Under the pieces are notes generated by a model. The model saw only the letters and a list, made by a program, of their open reading frames with translations, was not told where the DNA came from and did no database searches. Shown here piece by piece: positions 27,278 through 40,140 of a stretch of 64,000 bases of DNA. The stretch's first letter is position 1, and every line of letters begins with the position of its first letter. The stretch spans positions 8,245,681-8,309,680 of the forward strand of contig JBNZDD010013714.1 in assembly GCA_050575255.1 (NCBI GenBank). The letters are read 5' to 3'. The position numbers were made by a program, and so were the translations under genes. The stretch is from Harriotta raleighana (lineage: Eukaryota).

Positions 27278-29934
27278 TCAACAAACTCTCGTAGCTGTCT
27301 GAGCCACTAGCCCATGCTAATCGGTGCAGTGTCCCCATGCACAACACCACATTTCAAGACATTTGGAAGCCATGATCCAGCATTCAGCGCCTCTCAATGA
27401 AACTCACAGTAACATGACCAGAAGTAAGATATTCCCCTCTTTACTATCCCCCACTGACCTCACATTTCTGAATAAACAGACCTAACTCTATATTCCTCCA
27501 GTGCAGTGTAAAAGTGGCCTTATTTATGTAATTCCGTAGCTACTATTAAATCACTTGTATGGAGCTCTGTCTCCTTTCAGTGAATTAAAAAAAATTGAAT
27601 CTCAACAGATTTTCTTTTGCATATTTAATCACCCAGCAATGAACTTTTCAACAGTTTTGTGTGATGATTTTAGTCTGTGCATCATAATGCAAAAATGCTC
27701 CTAAAATACTGTCAACACATTGGTTTCTCAAAAATGTAAGGTCTTTGTGGCTTACATGTCTTTAAAAAAAAATCTGAATAAATTAGCAATCGGCTTTCAA
27801 GTCCGAACTGGTTGTATGATTGAGAACGCTCCTGAAATAGATTATTTAGCCCGTTACAGGAAAGCATACACACTGTAGTTTCATTTTAGTAGTAAAGAAA
27901 GATATTAAGTTAAACCTAGAGTATCAACTACTGTATTTGATTTGTACTTCATCATTATGCATTTCACTGTTTCAAACGCAATTTAATTGAAAGTAAAATG
28001 TAACAGTAGAAGTAAAGACTGAAAACAAATTTAGGGATTAACTGATCGCTTCTACTTTTGACTCTTGCAGTTTGAGTACTTTGCTATTAAAATACACTTA
28101 CTCTACAGTTTATTGTACATAGTTGATCAGTGTCAGAAAATGCAAAACGGCTGATGTAAGAGCTTGATAGGATCATTTCAACTCAAGCTTATTTGGAGGT
28201 ATTTTGAGGTTAACTCCTGCACAGTGACATTGGGTACTATATACATTAATGTCTAGTGTGCGCATATGCTGAGAAACACCATTCTTTTAACTAGAAACCT
28301 TCATCACAATCTGCTTCTCTATTGTGAAATTCATCTCTCTCATTCCATGGTGTACCAAAAACATGTAGTGCAACGAAATTGCTTTTATTTAATTTTTTTT
28401 TTAAAAGCCGACATTTATATATTACATACGAGAGCTACATCTGTGTAATACAGCAATTTACCAACAGGGTGTGAAATGTCATTTATATTGGTTTAAGAAA
28501 AAATGCACTGACTGGTAAAATAACAGCCCATAAAAGCTTATTGCTGTCCAGTCTAATAATTTTCCTTGTGCAATAACTTGACCAGTTTGCCCAATAATGG
28601 TAGTTCAGCTTTTCTGCTCAGCCATAACTGACATATCTGTTCATTATAATTCCTGTTACAAATGGCTGGAGATCCCTTATAAAGCAATCTTCCAGTGTAA
28701 AAAATCTGGGGTGAGATTGCTATTCATCTTGACATACGTAATCTCGGTAGTCATTGAGGAAAGAGAGCAGTAGAAGTGATCTGCAGTGGATATGGAGTTT
28801 TAACAATTCATTCTCAATAATGATCTGTGACTCTGTTTTTAGTCTAAGATCTATTCGAGAGTTTAGAAGGAACTTCACAGATTCACAGCACTTTAAAATT
28901 ACTTTCTTCCAACAGTGATAGAGTTATAAGAGGCACGCTTATAAATAGGCTATTGACTGAAGTGAATTTTCGACCTTCAATAAGCTACAAAATAAGCTTG
29001 CTGAAAACCCTGGTTCTTTCAACTACAATATACCTACAGTGACAAAGTCAATAAGCTCCTATGGTTAACTGGCATTGTAATTTTAACAAGGTAATGATAC
29101 ATTATTTACCTAAACACATTCCTTGTTTAAATAAGATGCATCTTTCCCACGAGTCTACACATTATTTCACAAAGATGGCCCTCTTTGGAGCTATTTACAA
29201 AGGCATATAAAAATCATCCAAATGTACTACAATTGTAGTCTATCCAGTATGGATAGGCACATATTGTTGGTTAGCTTTAACCAGACTGATTGTTTGCAAA
29301 TTGACTATCAATGCTGAATGCGTAAAGAACAATTGATTACAAACTCTTTTATACATTATATATCATTTCTCTAATTGTAGTATTCAATTAGGGGCTTGTG
29401 TAAATTTGTGCATGTTTTCTTAAAAATAAAAAAAATGTCATGTGGTAAGTATTTTACTGAACATCAGCCAAGCTGAGCATCAACCAAAGCTTTTTGGGCA
29501 GTAAATTTTGTGGTGATAATTATCACACCAAACGTGCTGTGAAATTCCGCAAACTTCGCCCACTGATTCACAATAGAATTCAATTAAGAACTAGAGTCAT
29601 GAAAAGGAATACAAACTGTGGGCTTAAAGCAGCTTCTCCCCACCTCTCATACAGGCCTCTGTGTATTACATGAAAGGTAACATTAAATCCCCTCGGTGTT
29701 GCCACAAAAGCAGCATTGCCATCATGGTTCACAATCTATACCACTAACCCCGGTTAGCAGAGCTCAAACGTTGACCTGAATTTTAATCACTTTAGAGGAG
29801 CATCTCAGGATTTCAGCTCCCTTATTCAGGGGATCGGACGGTTCCTCATTGCCGAGCTGCCAGCATTATTTTATCACTTCATCTGTGGTTGGCTGGTAGC
29901 CAAGGAGGCACAGCACCATATTATAATTTTTTTT

Positions 29935-30103
29935 AAAAAAGAATAATGATTTGGTCAGTCAATCCACGTTTGTTTGTGGGACAATGCTGTGAGCAATTGG
30001 CTGCTGCGTTTCACCCACAAAATACACAGTCAATTCACTTCACAATCTATTCTGGAGACGACGTGATAAGGCTCTATATCAAATGCAAAGATTATTATTA
30101 TTA
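29935..30103 (+). mobile_element. SINE 3' half
   Basis: tgtttgtgggacaatgctgtgagcaattggctgc...ataaggctctatatcaaatgcaaagattattatta. Confidence 0.85.
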
Positions 30104-30461
30104 GCATCAGTTCCAAACAGCAAATAAAACCAATTCTATGGTGTGTTTCCTCCATGAGTAGAGACTCCCAACAGTTAGTGCAGTTGGTGCTGTCTTTGAC
30201 TTTGTCCAAATTTACTTATCGGTGGGTGGGTGGGGTGGCACTGTTTTGTCTTCCAACCCACTTAATATAAAAGAAGTGTTGTGAGCAGAATTTCTTGTAT
30301 GAGGAACATAGTCTCAAAAGTTTCCCCCATCTGTGTAACATGAGCAGCTCATGTAACATTAGCAAAACCCTCAAACCCCTTATCCCCATCTCTAACACAG
30401 GTATGCCTGGCATGACACGAGATTAACCCCCCACCCCAACTGAAATAGGAGCACCCCTTAT

Positions 30462-30530
30462 AACAGCAACAACTCCTTACATTGATATAGCGGCCCTCAC
30501 ACACAATTAACATCTCAGAGTACTTGAAAC
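30462..30530 (-). mobile_element. Short L2/SINE tail fragment
   Basis: aacagcaacaac...acattgatatagcggccctcac...catctcagagtactt. Confidence 0.55.
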
Positions 30531-30929
30531 AAGAACTACTACCTCACCTTCAACATGAACACCTCCTCTGACTGCAGCAACTACTCTGACAGCAAGATGG
30601 ACGCTTGACATTGGAGAGAAGGTTAGCGTTTCTTAGCGAACGGTTGTGATGCTGTGAATGTAACGCTGCATTTGTATTGCTGCCACCCACAACCTTTCTT
30701 TCCGCAACAGTGCTGCAGTGTAAATCAGGCAGAAGGCACTGGTAATCCTGCGGATGGGAAAATCACAGCCTTCAGCCCACTTGTGGAAATGATGATCAGA
30801 TGCATTGATCAGTGGGCCCCTCTTGCTGTGCTGACCATGGATGGTCCAATCTCCCATGACCTTACTGGTTGGTTGGGGAGGATTGCCTCCAGAGAATGCA
30901 AGGGGCCTATCACCAGCCAATTGTGTGGC

Positions 30930-31137
30930 GAGTTTGTCCCCTAGTGTCTTGGCTATTAATCTCCCAAATAAAATTAATCATTCTCCTCTTGGTTGTTTGT
31001 GGGACATTACTGTGCGCAAACTGGCTTTCGTGATTGCGTACAAAGGCCCGATGACTACACTTAACAGTGAATTCTGTGAAGCGCTTTGGGACTTCCTCCC
31101 AGTGTGAAAAGCACTGTATCGAATGCGAGGGTTTTTG
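30930..31137 (+). mobile_element. SINE-like element: 3' Deu-like segment plus L2-type tail; 5' extent uncertain (possibly from ~30600)
   Basis: tcccctagtgtcttggctattaatctccc, tgtttgtgggacattactgtgcgcaaactggct, attctgtgaagcgctttgggac...gtgaaaagcactgtatcgaatgcgag. Confidence 0.7.
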
Positions 31138-32145
31138 TCGGTAATACAGTAGTAGCAGTAGAGTTGAAATTACATTTTGCAGCCTGTGAACGACTGATTG
31201 TGCAGTTTGAATGCTACCAATGTATTTGGACATGACCCAGCTGGATTCACAGGTCAAGGTCCCACCACCTCAGGGTCCTCATGCTACTTCAGATTCAGTT
31301 CTCTTTGAAGCTTCCACGGCATAAAACAAACATTTTCAGTCAGGATCGGTCAGGATCTTGTGCTGTAGTCACCACTTTCCACTCTAAACTGCCAACGTAA
31401 CCAGAGGTTACAATTAAGTGCTTCCTAAGTAAGTGCACTATACTGTAAATGTGGTATTAACCTCATATGCGACCTACAACACCCTGATCACTTAGTACCA
31501 GCTATCTCTTAAAATGGGAGATCCCATTATAAAGGACATAGGCTGACTCAAAACCTTCTTGTAAAAGTCCAAAACCTAAAGTCTAAAGAAAGCATTTGTA
31601 TGTGATTTTCCATTTTGCATCTACCTCAGGTATAATGAAGTGTAGCCAAGTTGCCCCAGTAAGATAATTCTTTCCTGAAGGAGCGCTAATTTTAATTCTG
31701 CCTGCAATGGGAGAGTTGGTGGGGGGGGAAATCAACGACTTTTGAAAGTGACAGATTTCTGGAAGATGTTTGTCATTACTTGTAACAAACCACAATTAGA
31801 TAACACATTGTCAAAGCTTCATATTGTGTATGTAGACAGCCTTGCTAAAATTACAATAACAGCACAGCATTTTATGCATTTTGTGCTTATTCTTTGTCAC
31901 CCGCATATTCAAGCATATCAAAAATGTCTCCTGTTTTTTTGCCACATGCAAATGCTGTCATTATATAAAAGTAAGTATGAGCCCATCATAATAATGTAGG
32001 TAAAGGTGTGGTGAAGGTTCAGCATTGCTGAATCTGCTTTCACACTGGGTGTATCTCCTGCCCAAACCGATCCTGCTGTGGGAAGCTTTTACCCAGCCAA
32101 TGTCTTCTTCCTCATTATTAGCTGAAGCTTTAATTCACACTCATA

Positions 32146-32459
32146 AGTAATAATAATAAGAATCCTTGCATTTGATAGTGCTTTTCACGACTTCTAGACG
32201 TCTCAAAGTGCTTCACAGAATATACTGTAAAGTGAATTGACTGAATATTTGTGGGTGAAACGTGACAGCCTATTGCACACAGCAGTGTCCCACAACAGTC
32301 GTGGATTGAAATGACCAATTTATTATAGTTTTTTTTGGCAGATTATTATCAGGCTTGTTGAGTAAGGAAACTTGCCCAAGGTTTCGCCCTGCCTGGATTT
32401 GAATCACAGATCTCATGCTTATAAGGCGAGTGCTCTAACCACTGAGCTACAGGACTCCC
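32146..32459 (-). mobile_element. tRNA-derived SINE, full length
   Basis: Reverse complement of the 4359/38341 family: ends ...ctctaaccactgagctacaggactccc; (aat)n tail at left. Confidence 0.92.
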
Positions 32460-33361
32460 AAGTAATAATAGGAGCACAGTAAGAAAGGAAAAGAATGAAC
32501 TGTACATATAGTATTATTTTGGAAAGGTTAAAGCCTCAAATAATACCCATTTGTAAACTCTGATCATGCAACTATTATGTTGATTCAAATTGAAATGGTA
32601 GTATTTAAATAGGATTTAACGTAATAGAAGATCGGGCTTAATCTAATGCCAAGAGGCTTGATGAGGAGCCCTATTCATGTATTATCTTCAAATACTTGCT
32701 TCACTGTTTCAGTTTTGACCACGTCTGATCTATACTCTGTGCACAGTCCGTTGGTTTACTTTTTTTTCACACTCGAGAAAGTATAGTAATGAAATTCAAA
32801 AATGTAGTACAAACATGGCTAATTAGTAAGACTGGTGTTTTTCTTTCAAGCTGAATTATTTTCAACCTGTATGTTTTTCTTCTATTCTCTTCTTCTCTTT
32901 TCTCCTCTTCTGAAACATGTGTTAAGCTTGTTTCTGCTAGTCGCCTTTGAGTACCTCGCTCAATGAGGCGTTTTGCATGTGTGAGCAAAGAAGGTGAGAG
33001 TTATTGGTTCACTATTCAATTCAAGTAGTTATCACAGCCAAACTCAATTCTACTTTACTGCCTTCCACTGGAAGTCATTGCTAGTGATCATGAACAGAAA
33101 CTTTGTCTGATTTACATCACACCCTATTTTCCCCATGGGCGATGATGCCATTTGTAGCACCACCATTGATCAGTTACTCAGAACAGTCCCTAGATATACT
33201 TGGTTGGGAATCAGTTTAACACAAATTTTTACCAACTATGATATTGTGAAATTCTCTACTGAAACATTTCAACCCATTACATGAAAGTGTACAATTGAAT
33301 TCAGATTCCCCAGTCCTTATACTGAAACTATATAGTGCTTTGGTCAGACCTTACCTGGAAT

Positions 33362-34268
33362 ACAATAACAACCATAAAATTACATTTATAAAGCGCCTTT
33401 CACGTTGGGAGGACATCCCAAGGTGCTGAACAGTTAGGTCGGGACCTGAGTGGGTATGAGGGGGTTGGGGTAGAGGGAAAGAGAGTGGGAGAGGGGGGAG
33501 AGTTAGGAGGGGAGCAGAAGCCATGGTCAAAGGTCTTGAGAAGAGGAAGGTCTTGAGACCGGCCTTAAAGGAGGAAAGGGAGGAAGCAAGGCAAAGGGAT
33601 TGCGGGATGGAATTCCAGAGTGTAGAGGCAGAGAGGCTGAAAGCCCGGCCACCATTGGTAGGGCAGTTTGGGTGGGGGACCTGGAGCAGGCCAGACCCCG
33701 CTGAACAGAGGGGATGGGCAGGCTGATAGGAATACAGTAGATCAGAGAGATAGGCCTTGAAAGTGAGGATGAGGATCTTGAATTCTACCCTCTGGGAGAT
33801 GGGGAGCCAGTGGAGATAGGCGAGGGTGGGAGTGATATGGTCGCAGAGCATAGTGCAGGAGAGTACACGAGCTGCAGAGTTCTGAATAATCTGCAATTTG
33901 TGAAGGGAGGAGCTGGGAAGGCCGATGAGGAGAGAGTTCCCATAGTTGAGCCTAGATGAGATGAAAGCATGGATGAGTGTTTTAACAGCATAAGGGGTGA
34001 GATAGTGGCGGAGTCTAGCAATGTTGCAGAGGTGGTGGAAGGCTGTACCAGTCATAGTGCAGATTTGGGGGAGGAAGAATAGTTTGGGGTCGAACAAGAC
34101 GCTCAGATTCCTGATGTGAGCCAATCAGGAGGGCCTCCGTCTTGTGGACGTTTAGTTGGAGGAAGTTGTCCCTCATCTAGGACTCAATGTCGGACAGACA
34201 CGCAGTCAGAATGCCAGTAGTCCTGGAGTCGAGGGTGGAAGCGGAAAGGTAGAGTTGCGTGTCATCCA
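33362..34268 (-). mobile_element. 5'-truncated L2-clade LINE (RT C-terminal half plus 3' UTR), pseudogenised
   Basis: Minus strand encodes DDTQLYL (from the YADD motif, ~34246-34267), NFLQLN..KTEALLIG, IRNLSVLFD, LIHAFISSRLNYGNSLL, LQIIQNSAARVL, HITPTLAYLHWLPI..RVEFKIL, SFKAGLKTFLF; internal deletions; tail ...aggcgctttataaatgtaattttatggttgttattgt. Explains ORF 33351..34124. Confidence 0.95.
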
Positions 34269-35269
34269 AATAATTATCAGAATAGTCTTTACAGGTAACC
34301 TTGTTTCAGATGGACATAGACTCAGACAGGGATCAGGCCAGGGAGACATGTCCGAGGGAGAGGTAAAAGAGGCCACTGTTCCTCAGAAGCACCAATGTTT
34401 CTTGGACACTGGGGGCCATTTCAAGTATCTGCTACTGTCATTTACTGTCATGGTGGCTAAATGGAGAAAAAATAGTTCTCCTGTGATAGCAAGTGTGCGC
34501 GGGATATGTCACACAGGGACTGTGTATGAGGTCAATAAGTGGGTGGGAGCTGTACCATCACTAGTCATACCCATACCCTGATTAAAGTTGTTAAAATCCC
34601 AGGATTTTGGAAGTCAAAAGCTTCAGCAGTGCGAGGGGCTTCACCCCCATTTGAACGTCTCTCAGTATGCAGAAGGTGACAGAGTTTAAACCCAGCATCA
34701 AACACTTGACATGCAAGCAGCGGGAATTGCGAGACTCTATGTTAAGTGCCAGTGATGCTACTAATTCAGGGGACAATCTGGTGATTTCCTTTTTCACTGT
34801 CGGGGCCTCTCGTGTTGGTTGCTGAGCACTAAGTAGTGTAATTCAGTAAACTACAGCTAATGAGAAACAGATTTGTGAAAGCCAGCCCAACTCAGCAGAG
34901 CTAGGATCTAGAAACACTTCAGCTGCATAGATGGTACCAAAAAAAATGTAGTTGATAAGAAGCAAAGCAACAAATTTGTTCTACAGAGAGACGGTTTTGT
35001 CAGTGAAAGTCAGTAGCGACTGAAGAACGCCAAGTCTAATTATCATCTGTGCAGTCTTAAAGCTTTTTTTTAATTATAAGATTTGAAAACAGCTGCTCCC
35101 TGTTGTGCATGACTATTTAAGGGTGTAACCAGCTCAACGCCGCATGCTCTTAATAAATATGTATCTGTTTCCCATTTTTGCAATTTCCCATAAATTGTCG
35201 TTTGCATTAAGGTGTGGCAGCAAAGTGAAGGTTTGGGATTTCTGTTTAACATGCAGTCTGAAGCCATCC

Positions 35270-35388
35270 TTATTGTTTTGCCCACAAAACACGCAGTCAA
35301 TTCATTTTACAGTATATTCTGTGAAGTGCTTTGCGAAGCATTGAAGATGTGAGAAGGAGCTATATCAAATGCAAGGGCTTATTATTAT
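35270..35388 (+). mobile_element. SINE 3' fragment
   Basis: gcccacaaaacacgcagtcaattcattttacagtatattctgtgaagtgcttt...gctatatcaaatgcaagg. Confidence 0.82.
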
Positions 35389-38087
35389 GTTATAAATGCA
35401 AATGGGCAATGCAACCAATGTCATCGATTGAAAGCAAATGCTTGCACTTTGGATAAAATTTGATGGATTCGTAAACTAGATTTTTTGAGTTCATTGTGAC
35501 TTCTGGTTTGGTACTCTTAAAAGCCTTTGACTGATGGGATTCTTGATGACCTGTTTCTTGAATCTTGCAAATCAAATGGCTTTGTGGAGGTGGCGACTTT
35601 TGCTGGTCCCGAAAATAAGCGGCAATTCTTATTGCAATGTGTGAACAGTGAGTGTTGGCAGCCTGTTCAAGCTTGGCCTTATCCCTACCTGAGGTGTAAC
35701 CCGTTGTGTGAACTACTCTGAGCAGTTCTGATGAGCCAACGCACTATATCAAATGCAAGTAGTATTTTATTAATTGAATATTACCTGCTTGATCACTGTG
35801 CGTTTTGTATCTTGCTCGACTGCAAACTCAGAGAGTCACCAAACATGTTGTGGAAAATGGAATTATACTAGTCTCAAATACTGCACAAGGCAACAGCCAT
35901 GCAGATTAGTGAAACTAGTCTAATGCATAAAGGCTTTAGAGCTTCTGATATGCCATGCTCTAATTGAATCATATGGCTGTTAAGAGCATGGTGACAACAG
36001 CTGCAGCTAAGTAATATTTTTACAGAATTATCTGTGTGGAATATGTAAAATGATACGCTTTAAGTTCAGTCAGCGGAAATAGCATACCAACCAATGCTTT
36101 GTGTATCTTAAGGTTTAAAATTCATATCAGAAAGACAGATAAAGAATAAGGAAAATATATGAATTTATCTCACAGTAACATGGTTTGGGGTGACCTTAAA
36201 CTGACCAGAAACTGTATTCAGTCCAGTCTGTGAGAAAATGATTCATTTAACTGCAGGATACAAGAAGCTTGGAAAAACACATTGCTTCATTGTTAAATCT
36301 ACACCCAGCTCCATTTTACATGCACATCACAAATAAACCTTCAGTAAATTAATTTTTTTATTGTTCTGTGGAATTGGTGACAAACAGTAAGAGCACCATC
36401 TAATGGATTAATATGAGGATTGCAAGGTGGCAAAGTTGATTCTTTTGCAATTGGAACGCTGAAACAGACCCATGGATTTAGTGAGGCTGGGGAGGTCTGA
36501 CTCCCAAACTGTTCTCACTGATTTATTTATTGGTCTATCACCATATTTTCTCTTTCAAACCCTATAATCCCTTGTGACAAAGATGCTTCCCCAACAGATT
36601 TCCAGGGTGTGTTCAGTTCACATCTCTCTTTGCTTTTTTTTACTCAGTGCTTTTCTTCACCTTCTGTTCTGTGACACCACGCCTTGTTTCTTCTACTTTT
36701 TTCACCATTATCATCGCTGGACTAAAACAGAACCTGCTCTAAATATTTTGGTGAAGAGTAGAATCAAAGCAACGAGCGAGGCAACATAGACTATCAAAAA
36801 GCAAAGAAAACATTTGGGAGGGAAAAGAAAGTAAAGAAGCCATGGGAAAAGTATAAAAATGAAGAAAAAATAACTGAAGCCATCAATGGCATGCATGAAC
36901 CATAGGTGTGATTTGCAGTACTTGCTTTCAATTTGTATAAATCCCACAAGCAGAAGATCCATTCTTATTTAAAAAGCTGCAAATAGAACAGGAAGCCCAG
37001 AATCACAGAACACGTCTTCAAGTTCTGTGGAGTTTGCAACCACCAAAGGCAGGATTTGCATTTATCCTCAAGACTAATAGAGAAATACTAAACGCTGTAC
37101 CAGTGAAAAACGTCTGCCTCCTGTCAGCCTCAGGACGCAGAGTTGAATACTTTGCAAAGTTCTTCAAATGTGACAAATGTCTCGGATCCTGTGGAGCTTG
37201 GAAATGTGTTTCCATACAAACCCGCCTCTGCCTCTTTCACATGTGCAGTAGATTGTGCCTCGGATCCTGCTTGGTATCCCTTCATAATTGACTACCGGCT
37301 CCTGTATCAGTCTATGCTCCATTCTGCTTACCTTTAATTATACCCTGTCTCGCTCTACATGCCATCTTTTCTTTCTTCCTATTCACCTGACTGTCTTTCC
37401 CAACTTAAAATCAATCGTCAGTGTCAACAATGTCAAACTGTTCCTTTGGAGCATGTGTGTGATGAGTTTTGATACAGACACACACAAAAACATTGTGAAG
37501 ATGCATGAAATGCAACAGCACTTTAAGCCTTTTCCTTTCTGTGCTGAGGTCTTACTTGTTTGCTTGCTACCTGTCCACAGAACATCAGCAGGTAATAAAT
37601 GTAACGATGTGTTCAGGAACAAGACAAACAACAATTGAATAAATGTTTCAAGAAATGCCTGGTGCATTAAAACCTCATTATTTGGATCTTCCCTTTAAAA
37701 CAGACAAACAAGGGCCCCAACAAAATATGATCCTCCTGTGATTTTATACAGAAGCTAAATTTATACAATATTTATTTACACTCTCGTCTTACTGTTCCAT
37801 CATCAGCTGAAGACAAACACAGACTAAACTCAGTATAAGAATACGGCAAGGGGTTTGTGTTACATCACATATAACCAGAATGGTGATTTAAACTGGGTGC
37901 TACATCAAACAATATTAAGTTATAATTATTCATATTCTAGTGTGATATCAGATTTATTCCTTGCTGTGCTCAAATAGAGACTGATGTCCGTTATGTTTCT
38001 GATATTGACAACTCAGGCTCCAAGATAATCGTATTGAGACACTGTAGTAGAACTTCTGCACCATTTGTTCCCAGTTCACACTCTTGT

Positions 38088-38702
38088 GGAGTCCTGTAGC
38101 TCAGTGGTTAGAGCACTCGCCTTATAAGCGAGAGACCTAGGTTTGATTCCAGGCAGGTAACCTTGAGCAAGTTTCCTTACTCCACATGCCTAGTAATAAT
38201 CCCTCGAGAAAAAAAACAATAATGAATTGGTCATTTCACTCCACGCTGCTCAATTGGCGGCCGCATTTTGCCCACAATATAACGGTCAATCTACTTCGCT
38301 GTATATTCCGTGAAGCTCTTTGAGACATCTTGAAGATGTGGAGCTCCTGTGGCTTAGTGGTTAGAGCACTCGCCTAGCAAGCATGAGACATGTGTTCGAA
38401 TCCAGGCAGCTCAGGGCGAAACCTTGGGCAAGTTTCCTTACTCCACATGCCTAATAATAATCCCTCCAAAAAACCCACAATAATAAAATTGGTCATTTCA
38501 ATCCATGACTGTTTGTGGGACACTGCTGTGCGCAATTGGCTGCCGCATCCCACCCACAAATATACAGTCAATTCACTTCACAGTATATTCTGTGAAGCGC
38601 TTTGGGACGTTGATAAGATGTGAAAAGCGCTATATCAAATGCAAGGATTATTATTATTATGTGAAAAGCACTATATCAAATATAAGGATTATTATTATTA
38701 TT
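38088..38702 (+). mobile_element. Host tRNA-SINE (38088-38340 plus 38659-38702) interrupted by a second SINE
   Basis: The first copy stops at ...gaagATGTG (38340); its missing tail ATGTGaaaagcactatatcaaat...(att)n resumes at 38659. Confidence 0.88.
38341..38658 (+). mobile_element. tRNA-derived SINE, full length, nested, well preserved
   Basis: A box tggcttagtgg, B box gttcgaatcc, complete body and (att)n tail; ATGTG duplicated on both sides. Confidence 0.92.
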
Positions 38703-38899
38703 GGCAATAGATTGGTAATAAATACAAGACAAACCACCCACCAACCCCTGGTAAAAATATACCCATTAAAGTGTAGGTATCTTTCTGTCAAATAATACAA
38801 TACCACCTTGTTTTGGAGCGAATTGTTTCTCACTTTTCCTGGAGTTGAGCGTAAAACCTCCATCTCTCTAATCGGTGGAGTGTTGGAAGCCTGCTAGTT

Positions 38900-39078
38900 T
38901 ATTGGAGGAGCCATCCTTTTGTATAGGATGTTAAATTGAAGTTTCGTCTGCCTGTTCAGATGCATATTAATGACCCCATAGCACTAGTCAAAGAGATACT
39001 AAAATCATGTGAAGTGTTTTGAGATGTCTCAACAATGTGATAAGGTGTTATATCAAATGCCAGGATAATTATTATTAC
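38900..39078 (+). mobile_element. Deu-domain SINE fragment with internal deletion and L2-type tail
   Basis: ggaggagccatcctt...ggatgttaaattgaag..tcgtctgcctgttcagatg..attaatgaccccatagcact resembles the DeuSINE core; tail tgtgataaggtgttatatcaaatgc. Confidence 0.7.
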
Positions 39079-39399
39079 TCGATCCAATGATATAATAAAG
39101 GTAATTGCTGCACAATCCACTGATCATCTCGTTGATCACCGAATCATCAAGGCAGCGAGGGGGAAAACTTTAAGGAGGTTTATTAGACCATATTACAAGT
39201 GAAAATCCAAATGAAGTATTTGGGGATGAAAAGTGTTGTTAAGTGCTGCAATGTATTCTGTTTGTAGAGTAGGATTGATACAAAAGACATTTAGGAGTGT
39301 GTTTTCCTGTACTACCAGCTTAAAAAAGGCTGATGTTTACTGTACATTTGGGATTTAACACCTACAGAAATTGACATGAATTTTCCCGAGCCTGAAACA

Positions 39400-39800
39400 G
39401 ACGTGTTAAAAAGAGGGCAGGAGAGAACAACAAAGTTGATCCCTGGGATTAGAGAGGATACTGAGGGCAAACAAAAGGAAATAAAACTGCGTGCATGTTT
39501 TAACAATGTGTGAAAATGTGATTTGGGGAATCTAAAGTAATAAGTAGAATAAAGTGGAAGCTAACAAACAATAAATAAATGTAAGAAAAGAGAGCATGCT
39601 CTCAGGTTTAGGAAATCAATACTATCGAGTTTAGAAGAATCTTCTTGTTGAATTATCTTACTGTGCCACTCATTGTGTTAGTAGCTAATTTTACTGAGAA
39701 CTGAACAGTTACCTCGGCTGATAGAGTAGGGAAGGCTTGAAGGCAATACATGGGGTTCGGTTTATGGAATGGAAGAACAGAAAGTGCTAATAAGATAGAA
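39400..39800 (+). mobile_element. Highly degenerate CR1-like ORF2 C-terminal fragment
   Basis: QERTTKLIPGIRE resembles CR1 QRRATK(M/L)IPGLR; later gagcatgctctcaggttt...agaagaatcttc resembles the GHSLKL..RRNFF region. Confidence 0.45.
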
Positions 39801-39892
39801 GCTGTCTGTAGTTTAAGGCAACCGATTGAGCAAGCTTGATAGGCCAATTCAACTTTTTCTTAACATCAAATTTTTGTACTACTGTATTTTGA

Positions 39893-40140
39893 AGTAAGAA
39901 AACAGGATCAAGAGGAGGCCATTCAGTCCAACAAGCCCGTTTATTAATAAAGTGTTCCTCCAGTTTGTTAGATCTTGATCATTTTTAATCCCAATGTTCT
40001 TTTAATCTTTGTTCTTTCACCATGCCCCTTGATACTTTTACTACCCAAGTACGTATCTATTTAGCTTTTAGACACCTCCAATAATTCTGTCTATCCATCT
40101 TTCTTCAGAGGAGCATTCCGCATCTTCATACCCTCTGTGT
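39893..40140 (-). mobile_element. CR1-like 3' end fragment
   Basis: ggaggccattcagtcca...ccccttgatac...gcattccgcatcttcataccctctgtgt is typical of reverse-complemented CR1 3' ends. Confidence 0.6.

Noticed and set aside
29513-29526. Perfect 14-bp palindrome gtgataattatcac
   Set aside because: A few such palindromes are expected by chance in a window of this size and AT content.
33351-34124. 257-aa ORF as a host gene or active reverse transcriptase
   Set aside because: Truncated L2 ORF2 with deletions; the DDTQLY motif lies outside the ORF behind a stop or frameshift.
38088-38160. Possible tRNA-Ile(TAT) gene (ctcgc-cttataa-gcgag anticodon arm)
   Set aside because: Mutated B box, no proper acceptor stem, and it continues directly into the SINE body; it is a SINE head.
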